Shown in pieces: positions 48,087 to 59,835 of a stretch of DNA of 64,000 bases. The stretch covers positions 124,001 to 188,000 of the forward strand of contig DF237059.1 in NCBI GenBank assembly GCA_000708835.1, given 5' to 3'. Both the position numbers and the translations under genes were made by a program. The notes below the pieces were generated by a model. That model searched no databases. It had not been told where the DNA came from and saw nothing but the letters and a program-made list of their open reading frames with translations. The DNA comes from Klebsormidium nitens (taxonomy: Eukaryota; Plantae; Klebsormidiophyceae). How positions within the stretch are numbered: position 1 is the stretch's first letter; the number at the start of each line of letters is the position of its first letter.

Positions 48087-51000
48087 CTATCGCCAGTGAA
48101 GATCGGGGGCTGTTAAGATCTCTGGAATAGAGTTCTGAAGTCCCGGAATCTCAGCAATTAAATTATAGTACCTTTGGAGCGCTCCCGGGCCGCAGCTTTG
48201 ATTACGTAACTCGCGCCCGCGTTCCGGTTCCGTTGACGTTCGGCATCCTGCCGTTTGCAAAAAAGTTGTCTGCGTCCAAACCAAAAGGGGCTGCTCCAGG
48301 TCGTCCGACTTGCCCTCCTCCTTTAATTTGCGGACAGTATGCGGACAGGGCTCTTGGACGTTCTCCATAATCCCAATGTACCGCTCCTTCGGGCTCAGCG
48401 ACAGCTTCTGCTTGGGCTTCCGCTTCCGCACCCCTTCGTTCCGCCGGGAGGGCTCCTCCGTCCGCCCAATTCGCTTCTCGCCCTCAGGGGCCTTCACCGG
48501 GCTCCTCAGGCTTGCCCCTCCGAAGTTCTCGCAAGTGCTCGGCCGGAAGCAGGTCCTCCGTCCGTGCGAAAACGTTTGCTTTGGAGGGCTACACAGCAGT
48601 CTAATTGCGTCCGGCGAAGAAAAATTCGCATATATATTAGACCTTCAATTCTCGCTCAGTCTCCCCTTGTCAACATACCTTTACGGAGACTTTGCCTTCC
48701 TTCTACCGAAGCGAATCCGGGGCGCTCTGGTTCTGACGCATCAAACGAAGGACGCGACAGAGTTTCCTGGAGTCTGGTTCTGACGCATCACACGGGGGAG
48801 ACGACAGATTCCCCTGGAGGATTCGACGCTCGCTTCCAAATTGCTTGCAAAAACCGTCCTCCGTCTTGGGGGTGGTAACTGAGCCGGAGTCTCGCTGAAC
48901 ACACTCTCTCGGTCTCTCGGGGGCTTGCACCGGGGCTTTGGGCCTTGCTCGGAGGTGATGCCGTCACGATGACGTCAGCGTGGGGGTCGCATCTCGGGCC
49001 GTGGTGCTGACGTCGGCGTCCGGGGCAGTGACGTCGCGTACCAGCCCCGGAGCTTCTGCCTTCAAAGCGGGAGGAATTTCGACCGGAACCGGAACGGAGT
49101 GACCGACCGGAAGGGGCAGAAGAGCATCTTTAGCCGTCCCGCTTTTCTGCATCCTCAACGACTGTTCTGGGGCCTGCCCCTCTGATGTGTTCATTCCGAA
49201 TGCGAGGTTTTCGCTCAAAGCACCCTTCTTCGCCTTTCCTTTGTTTGGGCCGTTCTCCTTCCCGGAACCGTCCTCACTAGTTCTATTCGCAAACCCCTGA
49301 GCTTTTGGAGCGGCAGCGTGACACGTGGCGCGACAGGACTGGCCGCGGCTCGCCGCCCGAAGAACGCGGCTGCGTTGGGAAGTCTCTCCTCGGGTGAACC
49401 TTTTCTTGCGTGCGGACCTTTTCATCCTCGGACCCCTCGTTGCTGTCTTGGTCCCGCTTTGGGGGGTCTCCAGATCACAGCGCTTCGGGGCTGCTCCGTT
49501 TTGGTCTGGTTCTACTGTCAAGAAGGCTTGGGGAGCGCTTGAATCGACCGGAACGGGGCTCCGCTCATCAAAGGCAGAACGGGCGGTGGAGACTCCAGCG
49601 AGCAGTCCTCCCACAGAGCGGAACGGAGTCCATTGGATGCTGGCACCTTGTTTGGCGTGACGCTTGCCCGGAGGAAAAACGCCGCAGCGCCCCAGAAAGT
49701 CGCTTCCGGCGACCGCTCGGCCCCGTCTGCCCCCAACTTGTAGCCACGCCTAGCAGGCGACCCGACCATCTCTTCCACAGGGAGGAGGTCGCCTCCGTTG
49801 ACTGCGCCCCAACCGCCGCCGCCCTTCTAACAGAGGTTTCCGCGGTGTCTTGGCTTGGGTTCTCGTTCGCTTCCGCGTCTGGAATGCCCAGCCCCCTCAC
49901 TTTCTGTGGAGACACCGTTGCCTGGTCTCTGTGCCCGGTTGGTCCTACCGGGCTGTTTGGCAGGCAGGAAATCAGACCTCTGGGGGGTGTAGAAACCGGC
50001 CGGAACGATGCCCTCAGGAAGAGAGCGGCGGCGCCGACAGAGGGCCCTACGGGAGACCCAGGCTCCCTCTAGCTGTCGACAGACCTTTCAGGCGGGTCAT
50101 AATTAATCCTATATTCGCTGACGTCATCACGCCGTCGGCCTCCACTTCCTGCGCTGCTCTTGCTGACGTTACGATGCTTACAGCCTTCACTTCCTGCGCT
50201 GCCGTTGTCTCCTCGGACCCAGGGACGATTGGCGCTTCGGGTGCTTCGGCCTGAGCAGCGGCGGGCGGGGTTTGGGGGTTTAGCGCGGCTGCGGCCGCCT
50301 CAAACCCAGCCGCGGCTGCAGGGGTAAGGGGTTTGGCACTCCGGCTTCCTTGTCGTCTTCCGCCCGTTCCGTTCCGTTCACTTCCTCCACCTGGTCCTCA
50401 GCCGCGTTGTTCTTCTCGACCGCTGAATCTGCTCTTAGGTCTAGGGAGTCAGACACTTTCTCGGTGTAATTCGCTACATTACCCACTTGCTCATCCCTTA
50501 CACTCTGCTGAGACCTTCGCTCCGTTTCCATCGAATGTTCAAAAGCATCGGCCGAGTCTCCTCGGTTCGCTTCTTGTTTCTCGATCCCAAACCCTTCGCC
50601 AGAAAGGCCTTCCCGGCCGATAGTCACAGCCGCGTTCGCGGCGACCGTGCCGTCCATGCGCAGCCTGCGCGCAGCCCTTGGCACGTGTCCCTGGTCGCCC
50701 AAAACGCGCGAGCGCGCCTCCATCTCCTCCAGCCGTTCCGCTGACCCCACCGGACTCCGCCCGTACAGTCTTCACTAGGCGGTCGACGGTCTTCACTAGG
50801 CGGGGGTTTGGCGGCGGGCTCTTCCAGCGTGGAGCAGGGCTGTTTGGGGCGTTCCAGGGAGGTCTCTTTGGTAGGGGCTGTCTGGGGCGCTCCAAGTGGA
50901 GATACCGTATCATTTGGACCCGGTTATATCAAACCGGGGCATGACTTGCAGCGTTGGCGCCCCCCGGTTGGCTCTCCCCGGTCGCCAGCGGGTCCAAGAG

Positions 51001-51230
51001 CCGCGCTTCGCCAGCCCCGGTTGACGATCTCCGACCTCCTGACGGCAGCTCTCAGTGGCGGTGGAAGAGACGCGTACGTCTGGATTGTGGAAAGGCTGAA
51101 CACGTTCTCGGAACGTTGATTTCTGCGGCCGCCGTCGCTTGTGGCACGCTTGTGGCGCATCGAGACGTTGGACTCGTGCTCAGTAAACAGGGATGCTCGG
51201 GAGGCTTGATTGGCCCTGAATTGCTGTCTC
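48087..51230 (-). pseudogene. Decayed long low-complexity (Ala/Glu/Pro/Arg-rich) coding region with several frameshifts and stops
   Basis: Consecutive coding-like ORF pieces on the minus strand (50924-51160, 50539-50913, 50280-50750, 49568-49915, 48964-49614, 48087-48497) continue one another in shifted frames. There is an intron-like gtatgt..ttag segment at about 48601-48678 and internal coding-type duplications (VKTVDRL-VKTVRA). No family recognised. Confidence 0.4.
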
Positions 51231-52322
51231 AGTGAAAGTTCGGCTGCTCATCAAGCTGGGTAAGCAAACTTGAGCGCATAAGCTTGCTTCTCCGACCCAT
51301 AACTGGCCCGTAACCAGGTTAAAAGTCTGGGTACTGCACAAAGCTCCTCATTGGACGTACAATCAGCCGCTTCTAACCAGCCCGAAAGATCGTGATAAAC
51401 CGCTCAAAACCCTGTTTGTTCAACTCAGACCTTAAATGCTATCTAGGTCACAGCTTAGAGCAAGATAACACTGCATTCCACACACTCCAGACTTGATCGA
51501 TACTGGGCCCGCAATCAAACTGCTTCAGATCCTGTCAAGATCAATGTTATTCAAGCAACGTGCCGTCAAAGAGTGAACAGGCGCGTCGGTAGGCCGCACA
51601 ACGTCCCATGTGACGTATGCAAACCGTCAAAACCAGGCACGGCCCAGAACTGACTAAACCAATGGCTGCGACGCACTATGTGGTGCTCGTGAAGCGTATG
51701 CTTAGATTCTGCACTAATTGATCGGCCCTTTACTGTCATGCGCGCATTCGCGCATGTAAAATTGATCATGGCCGGTGCTTCAAAATCAAAGTTGACCGGG
51801 TGTTCAGTAATCTAGCAAGAGTAAATAACGTCAGCTTGTTGAACTTAGATTCAAACAAGTCTTTGCCGTGAAGCTTGAATGAGCAACGTTCAGCAGACGT
51901 TGAAACGATTTGGTCCCGCATGAGAGTACATTGAATAACTCGTCCGTACATTACCCAGTCGTCGAAAGTTCAGCTTGCCTCGCCCAAACATTCTTCGTAG
52001 CCAAATGACATGCTTGTACATTTAAGGAGACAATTGATTCTGAGCTAGTCAGTATGGCCGGTCAGCGTAGAAGAGTCGAAGTTGGATGGGTTACCATGGA
52101 AGACCACATGCTGCAATGCCACTTGTGACTCAAATTAAGAGGGGGCTGTGAGGACGCCAATGCTAATTTTCAACTCAAGCTCAATGCAAGCCAGTTGGAG
52201 TCTGGCGTGAATGGTGGCATATGCATGCATTCAGTTTGATACGTTGGGAGAAAAATGTAACAGGACTCTTCTTAAGGACTCGTGATTGGCTTACGGTTCA
52301 AGTAACTAAATGCAGGATTCGT

Positions 52323-54128
52323 CTATTTCACCTGTTCATAGTTCAGAGCAATGTACCCGGCTTTCCGCTTTCCGTTGGTCTTTCTCAACTCGTCAATTAG
52401 TCGGTTCCAATTCGATCCCAACACACCTACAAAGAAATCAGCATCCGCGGCCAAAAATAGATTGACAAACGCCAAGTCCGACCCCGCTCTGGCCGGCGTG
52501 TGCGTCTTCCAAGGATCCTTTTCATTAGAATGGATCCGCTCTGCCTTTGTATAGTACAAACTCCAGTGAGGCGTATACTTGCTTACAGCCTGATCTAGTA
52601 TATCTTGAGACTCGGTACTCAACCAGATCGACCGCACCGCTGGATTATGCTGCCGAATCCTCTCCGCTTGCGCCATAAAGTCAGGCAAGTCCACAATCCG
52701 CATCTCGACACTCTTCTCATAAGCGTGCCGCACATGCACGCTTATGAAAGGCCGCGGCATAAACACGTCATCCTTCCACAACTCCTGCTCCAATGCTCCA
52801 GAACGCCGGGGATCCCCAGCTTCTTCCGGCGCATGCTCGCCCTGAAAACGTATGCTCTCCGCCAGCCCTGCCGCGACCTCCACCCCAAAGGCATCGTGCC
52901 TCGCGCCGTTCATCAGTCTGCACAGGTACGCGCTCGGAGCCCTGAGCAGATACCGCGTCGCCTGGGCCCTCCACCAATTCATGGGGCCATATATCTGTGC
53001 CCCGTAGTTGAATGGGCCAACTGTTTCGTCCACTATCTTCCCCTCAAACTCAATCGAGCCCCGTTCCAGCTTCCAGGGCTCCCCCCACAAGTCTGGCACT
53101 ATGTCCATAAGCGTGTGATCCATCAATGCATATTCGGGGAGTAAAACCACCCGCTCTTCCAGACCCTGCGCCGCTGCCATGAGATCCGCAGTAGATCCTG
53201 GCCTGTGCCGCTTTCCCGCGAGCGCGATCGCCGCGCACTCCTTCGATGTCGCCGGCAGGACGTAGCAGTCCAGCGTCCCGTTGCTTTCACCCGCACACCC
53301 CTCGTGCATTGCGCGCTCGAAGCTGTTGTCGACCACAAACACCCGGCCCGTCATGACCGCCAGCGCAAACCCCCCGGTTATCACATGTAACTGGGACCCT
53401 AACCCATGGGTCGATGTGTCTACCCATTGCGCCACCAGAAAGCGGACGTCCGACGCGTTGCAGTCTTGCGGATGCTGCCGCAGCCACAGGTCTTGCTGAA
53501 CGTGCCTGGTTAGGGGAATGTTGTCCACGTCAGCGCCCCTAACCCAAAACGGGTCAGGAACCGGGTGTCCCGCAAACCCTTTCTGGTCTGCCCAGTCAGG
53601 AAGGCCCCCGTCAGGTAGCCTGCTGTCTTGGCTTAGCTCCTCTTGAGACACACGGTCGCAGTCTACCAAATGCGGGGGCAACGGTGGCCCCTTCTCCGCC
53701 GTCTGCGCTTCGCTTCCCGTGCCAACCTTGCCGTCAAAGAAGCGCGAGCTGTTCCACGCTTGGAGGAGCGCCTTCACAGCAGGACAGGCGTCTAACTGCT
53801 CCGCTGTCCACTCTTTTCCCGACCAGGTGCAACTGAAGGGAACCGCTGGAGCGGTCACATTTGGAACAGGGGGGCAGGGTTTGCAGGGCTTCTCTCCCAT
53901 CAACTCTGCCCCCCCAAGGGCTGGAGCCGCCATCACATTTGCAACAGGGGGGCAGGGCTTGCTGTGCTCCTCCCTCATGATATGTACCCCCACTAGAGCA
54001 GGAAAGGAGGTGACCAGCAGAAAGTGGTCGCTGGCTTTGTCGCCCCAGAAGATAGCCGCAGGGACCAGAAGGAAGAAGCTGACGCTGAAGGAGAAGAGGA
54101 CCCAGAAGCGGGAGCAAGGGGACGCCAT
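52323..54128 (-). CDS. GT23-like (alpha-1,6-fucosyltransferase / FUT8-NodZ fold) type II membrane glycosyltransferase, plant At5g28910-like
   Basis: 601-aa single ORF with an N-terminal TM segment, HGLGSQLHV..GRVFV, PRPFISVHVRH..K, IWLSTES and DADFFVGVLGSNWNRLIDELR (fucosyltransferase motifs I-III). A tiny terminal exon after EQ|gtgaaa is possible. Confidence 0.85.
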   Translation of the reverse strand: MASPCSRFWVLFSFSVSFFLLVPAAIFWGDKASDHFLLVTSFPALVGVHIMREEHSKPCPPVANVMAAPALGGAELMGEKPCKPCPPVPNVTAPAVPFSCTWSGKEWTAEQLDACPAVKALLQAWNSSRFFDGKVGTGSEAQTAEKGPPLPPHLVDCDRVSQEELSQDSRLPDGGLPDWADQKGFAGHPVPDPFWVRGADVDNIPLTRHVQQDLWLRQHPQDCNASDVRFLVAQWVDTSTHGLGSQLHVITGGFALAVMTGRVFVVDNSFERAMHEGCAGESNGTLDCYVLPATSKECAAIALAGKRHRPGSTADLMAAAQGLEERVVLLPEYALMDHTLMDIVPDLWGEPWKLERGSIEFEGKIVDETVGPFNYGAQIYGPMNWWRAQATRYLLRAPSAYLCRLMNGARHDAFGVEVAAGLAESIRFQGEHAPEEAGDPRRSGALEQELWKDDVFMPRPFISVHVRHAYEKSVEMRIVDLPDFMAQAERIRQHNPAVRSIWLSTESQDILDQAVSKYTPHWSLYYTKAERIHSNEKDPWKTHTPARAGSDLAFVNLFLAADADFFVGVLGSNWNRLIDELRKTNGKRKAGYIALNYEQVK

Positions 54129-54509
54129 GGCAAGCTGGAAAGGGTCGGCCCAGATTGGTATGTAGGTCTAACAGAGCCTCAGATCAGGCAGGACTTACTT
54201 GAGCAGCATTTCTGATCTGCTGGCAACGCGTTCCGCTTCGCAGCCAGCAGGCGAGACCCGGGTAGGAAGTCAGATTCAAAGAGATCTGGGTGTGGTTAGC
54301 GCCCTGAAGTTGAGGGCAACTTTGCTGAGGCAGGACCGCCAGACGTCTTGTCATGTGGTCATACCAGCCTTGCCAAGTCAGAGCATTGCATGCATGTGGT
54401 GCCGTGCTCCCAACGTTGGACATCAACTTTCAATCATGCAAACGCACCTGCATTGGCAATGCTGCCAAATCTCCCAGATGCATCATGCTCAGCTCAAGCC
54501 CAAGGCTTG

Positions 54510-55500
54510 AGTAGTACCGGTAGGACCTACTACTCGGAGTCGGTACTCGGAGTTCGACGGAGTACCTACCTCCTCCTATTAGTAAAGGCTTGCTCTTTTC
54601 AAGCACGAACGTCGAAGCACTCCACGGCCGATCGTCTGGTACGATGATGTCGCCCCAACCGGCGCAGTCTTCAGGCTTTATGCAAGCCAGGGGAGTCGAT
54701 AGGGGCACCTATCGGCCCCCCCCAACTCGCAGAAAGCCGAAGATTCAGGCATATCCCCGACTTGAATATGTCATATGCCAACTCGATTTTCCGGCGATAT
54801 GCCCTATGCTAGCCGGGTTTTAACCCTTTGTCGGCGGGGAACTTCCGGTCATTTTTACCGTACGCGAATTTTATCGATATTCGCAAAAATCGAATTGACC
54901 GTGCGATTGATCGACCGGACGGCGTCGATGACTATACTGACGGAACGGCACGCCGGTAGCAGCTACGATCGCCGTCGAAACTCGAGAGTTTTTCGCGTAG
55001 GGGCAATCGGAGCCACCGGCCGCCATTGTACGGCATAAATGGACGGTGCCGAGCATGGTCAGTATTGGCAATTACAAAACGGTATAAGCGCGAACTTCGG
55101 GAACTTGACGAAACTTGTATAAGTGACTAGGTCCTATTATTACAGTATAGCTTATATGGAAAATATCAGGCGGCTGCAGCTGCGGTACTAAGATTCGCAT
55201 GCACACCGGTGGTACCGAAATTATCAAAGTGATCGAGATTCCGGAGTCAGGAATTGACCTAAGGTACATGCTTCTCAAATCATGTTGACTAAGCCCATTT
55301 TGACCAAGGATAGTGCTCGGGGTACGAACAAACCTCAAAAACTAAACCGATAGGTGACACTCGCTTCGCGCACCCGTTCCCACTCTAACCAGTGTGCTAA
55401 CCCTACCCGTCCCCCGGGTGCTTTTCCTTAGTCAACATGGCCTTAGTCAACATGAAATCGAGACCTACCCTAGGTACAACGTACTAGGTAGTTGGTAGTC
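54510..55500. mobile_element. Possible non-autonomous element or TE remnant in the GT23-PPD1 divergent intergenic region
   Basis: Non-coding stretch of distinct composition. It has a perfect 10-bp inverted repeat (CACCTATCGG at 54706-54715, CCGATAGGTG at 55347-55356), a 7-bp hairpin at about 54696-54714, a weak imperfect outer inverted repeat (54511-54527 vs 55461-55480) and a 14-bp direct repeat CCTTAGTCAACATG. No TSD or transposase was identified. Confidence 0.28.
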
Positions 55501-55802
55501 TATTTAAAATAATACTGGCGTTACTGTCGTATACCGGGTGGATCCCGGCAAGTGATGCGGGCAGACGGTCATCACATTTCGATCATGATTGCCGACGCGC
55601 GACGCCGGCCGCGGGCTCGCGGCCGGGCGTTCCGTTCTTTCAGAACTTCACATCTAGATTCTAGTAGCTGGGACTTGCACAAGCTAGTTGCAGGCGCTTG
55701 CTTGCCCCAACAAACTGTCCACTTCGTGTCACTGTTGATACAGGAGTCCGTAGGGGGGGCAGAGGCTAGCTTCTCTTTTAACGCGGGGGCTTTGCGGCAA
55801 AT

Positions 55803-58800
55803 ATGGCGCTCTCGCAAGTCAGCGCCGGCATGTGCAACCCTTTGCTGCACTTTCCGGCCCTGACGACCTCTCCATTTGTTGGGCCAACGTTTGTTTTGTA
55901 TGCATCACATTGCTCACCCGCAAGCAGCACTTGCAGAGCAATTACCAGGAGTCGCCCTCAACGGGTTTACTCATCAGTGGCCTTTGGGTTGACACCAGCG
56001 CCCTTGCTAGAATCCTCTCTCTGTGGTGGTACTTTCAATTCCAGGCGTCGTTCTTCTCAGCGTCGTTTGCGCACCCGATTATACGTTCACAATTCCAAAA
56101 GTGCAGCGGTCAGTGCCGAAAAAGTTGGTGAGAGGCAATGCAGCGCAATCAGAGTGGAACAGGTCGTTGACGCGAGTGAGCATGATGACGTCAGCAAGGG
56201 GCGGAGGATGGGACGGAGAAATGTATTGGAATTGGCGGCGCTGACGATTTTGGTGGGCAACGCAGCGATCGGTGCGTCGCCGGCGCACGCATACAAGCCT
56301 CCGCCAGAAGGTGAGGTCCGACAGGATTAATTGGAGACGTAGAGGGAGGGAAGACGGGAAGTTAGCCATGACATTCACGTTTCATTGTTTGCATTCTTGC
56401 TGGCGGACAAAGAGTTGGGCGTTGAAGGAAGGCTTGCTCAAGCAGCTTTCAGCAAGAGGGTACTCGGTGAGCGATGCAGCGAACGCATATTACTTTAGGT
56501 CCGATACTCTGGAGTTTTTCCAACCGCGAGCCCTGCAAGCTGACCGCCAAGCTGCACCACCCCTGATTGCCGTGGCGCAACTCTTATGGCAGTCATTTCC
56601 ATCATGAGGGTTCTGACCACATTCGGGCTTTGCCGAGGGATGAACAATCCATGTCCGAGGTTCTCTCTGAACGCTGGGATTGCTGTTTAGACAGCCCGTT
56701 GAGTGTAGAAAGTTGTGGGGAGTGATACTGCAGTTACGCCCCAGAGTGGATCAAAATTGTCTGGAGATGAGCTTCCGGCAGTCACGTTCTCCTGCTTGCT
56801 TTCTGCAACAGCAATGCTTTTATAGACTCTGATGACGAGCGTACTCTGTTCAAGGATTTCAGTTGCTAGAGAGCAGCCTTAGAGACCTGGACTATTGAAT
56901 CTATGCTGTCACCCTCAGAAAGCACAGTGGCAGAGGAAACGAAAGTCGGCAGTTTTTGCATACCACTTGATCCCTCCTGAATGCTGAGGTCGCATGACAA
57001 AGCAGGCACTATTCTTCCATTATCTTGGTGTCTTCATGTTCGAAACTGCCTGAAAGCAGGCTGCTTATCTACGGCCACTCCCGTTGAGAAGCCTGGATCC
57101 TGCCGGAGTAGTGAGCTCCTTGAGAGCGGTGTTGAGGCACTTCTTGCAGTGTCTCACAGTTACAACCGCAATTTGGGGCAACGCCTTCTCTGATACTTTG
57201 CTGCGGCAATCGTGAAGCGTTTGGGGCTCCGCTCATTGTCGCTTGAAATCCGGTTAATTTCTTGACTTATTATCTGCTTCAAATCCTGTTAATCTTTGAC
57301 TGCATAAGGACTCGCATGGAGTGCCTAGCAAGCAGTCGACCAATCCCACTCGTTTTGACGGATAACGATTCTTGTTTCGTACTAACCGGTTCATGTCGTG
57401 GGGTTCGGGAAATGATTTCCCTGTGCCTAAGCATTGTCATGGGATCGTTTGATCCGGTTCCGTTGATGCACGAAACTCCTGGGAGATTCCAGTTGCTTTA
57501 TCCCCTAACACCCTATCGAGCCCAGTGCGTCTTTGGATCTCAGACTGTCAAAGCCAGCATCGTCACGCTAGTAAGGCCAAGTCCTGAGGGCGGCTTGTAG
57601 TTGCCAAGAATGAATCATCCGAATAGATCGAACTCTTTTGATCCCGTTCAATCGTCAGGTGCAAATTGCAAGGTGCACTTAGCCACAGTTGTATGAACAT
57701 TGTCGTTGCTCCCAATGTTCAGGTTTCCGCCGGTACACCGACCGCCTCGACGGGTTCACCCTCCTCGTTCCCGACTACTGGGTCCAGGTCCGGGGGAGCG
57801 GCGCTGAGGTGCAGTTCCGCAGCCCCCAGAACGGCGATGAGAATCTTTTCGTTGCGGTTAGCTCGCCGAGTTCTTCAAAATACACCGGGGTTAAGGATTT
57901 GGGTTCGCCAGAGGAGAGTGGGAAGTTCATCAAGAAGCAGTACGTGGCGGAATACATGTCGACGCGGATAGGCGTGCGGCGGACGGCGGAGGTCGTGAGC
58001 GCGAGCAGTAGAGAAGTGGAGGTGAGGCACCAAAAGCTTCTGATCGTCTTCTGCTTCATTTTCCTTTCCCTTTGTGCCGCTTTGATCGCATGCTACTTTT
58101 GCGGTGGCGATTGTTGTGGTTTCTGCTTTCTTTGCGATTCGCTTTTATTCTGTTCTCTGTTTCTGCCACCCTTCTCTCAACTTTCGTTGGGTGCTTATAC
58201 ACCGCCTGCTTTACGCCTCGTAGCAGTTACAACAGACCATCTCTTCACCTGTTTATTTTTGTCGTTCACCCCGAGGCTCGTTCTTTCGTGCGTCCACCTT
58301 GGAAAGGTGGGACGTGTTTTGTCGTCTCCTTCTTTCGGCATCCCCTCTTGAAACTTTGCACAAAAGCCGCGTCGACTGGAAACTTTTGGTGGACACGAAT
58401 GGCATCTGGAATGCAATATATGACTCTTGGGCTTACCTATTCCTGTTCCAACTCTTCCAGCCCTCCCTTCTTATGTGTACATCGTCATGACGATCCATGG
58501 CACAACACGCACTAAAGCTTGCTCTATTTAAAGATATTTCCTTGCCTCTTTTTGCAGGAGGGGAAGCCGTACTACCAGATTGAGATGAGCGTCAAGTCAG
58601 AGGCGAACTCGAACCAACTGGCGGTCACCCCCGAAGAGAGGGTGCCCTTCGTCGAGTGGGAGAGGAGATACATCACGGTTCAGGCGGTCGAAAATAAGCG
58701 ACTATACGAGTTGCGGGTGCAAATACCGGCTGATATCTATGGGCGAGAGCGGGCCCTCTTGCAGACGGTGCTAGATTCATTCAGGACGTTCCCTGTTGAA

Positions 58801-58827
58801 AGCTTTGAAGGAGGCAAGCCTGTTTGA
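55803..58827 (+). CDS. PPD1: PsbP domain-containing protein 1 (thylakoid lumen, PSI assembly); 3 exons
   Basis: Exons 55803-56310, 57723-58021 and 58558-58827. Transit peptide with a twin-Arg signal (GRRNVLEL..ASPAHA), then FRRYTDRLDGF..WVQVRGSGA, DENL..SSPSSSKY..DLGSPEE, EYMSTRIGVRR and EWERRYITVQAVENKRLYELRVQ..DSFR, as in plant PPD1. Confidence 0.93.
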
Positions 58828-59835
58828 TAGATTGAGAGCATGCGGCCCTTTCCAATCATCTTATTTGACAACCTGTGTCCAATTGCCAAGTTGAGTGTCA
58901 TGCTGATTGCCTTCAGAACGGCTCCTCTTCTGCATGCGGCCGCATCAGTTGACAGCGCTTCCAAGTCTACTGGCCACGATGACAAGGCCTGGTGGATGGA
59001 TGCATGCATGACCAGAGCTGCTACGAGGAACCATCTGCATGGCGCATCAGCCTGCATATGCATGACATATACTGTGCAAGAGTACGTACTTAACAGTGCG
59101 TGAACTCGGAGGCTAGGTTTAATTCAATCAAGCGCCTGGCCTGAGAACGAAGTTGAACATGATGCATGCTTGCTGCACATGTGAGCTTACACGCGCGCTC
59201 GTACGTAACGGCGGCCCCGGGTTCAACCATATTGAGGATCGTGTACCGTCCATGGCCACTGATCGAAGAGCTAGAAATATGGCGATGGCTACATATAAGT
59301 ATATATCTTACAGATGAGTATATTGTAGAAGATATCCGTCGGACCGTCGATTAAATGCTCATGCAAGGATGTCGACTTCATAAATGCCTGATCTCTATAT
59401 GCATACTAATATAAGATTCAATCTGCGTGCAGACCAGCTGGATCATCAATTGAATGCTGATCGACGGTTGTCGCACCTCATCATTGAATGCTTACGACAG
59501 GCTGCCAGTACTAATGCATTCAGACGCACTACAGATGCCAAGCTGCTATACGTGATCGCAAAGCTCTAAAGGACTGGCCATGATAAAACCATGCATGTGC
59601 GATCGAATGCTGTTTTGGTTGGTCGATTGTTGGCCGAGTGCAATTCCTAAGTCACTGCTGGCCGCGGATCACGTTTCATACTGTTACCGAGTCTTTACTG
59701 TACGTTTGACGTGAACTAGCTTTATCTTTGCGGCACCGAACAATCTTATTATCCAGAATCGACCGGGGCCCTCATTTGACAACACGCTATTGTAAGCGTT
59801 AACGAATGTGCATGTATTAAGTGCCATTGTCACCC

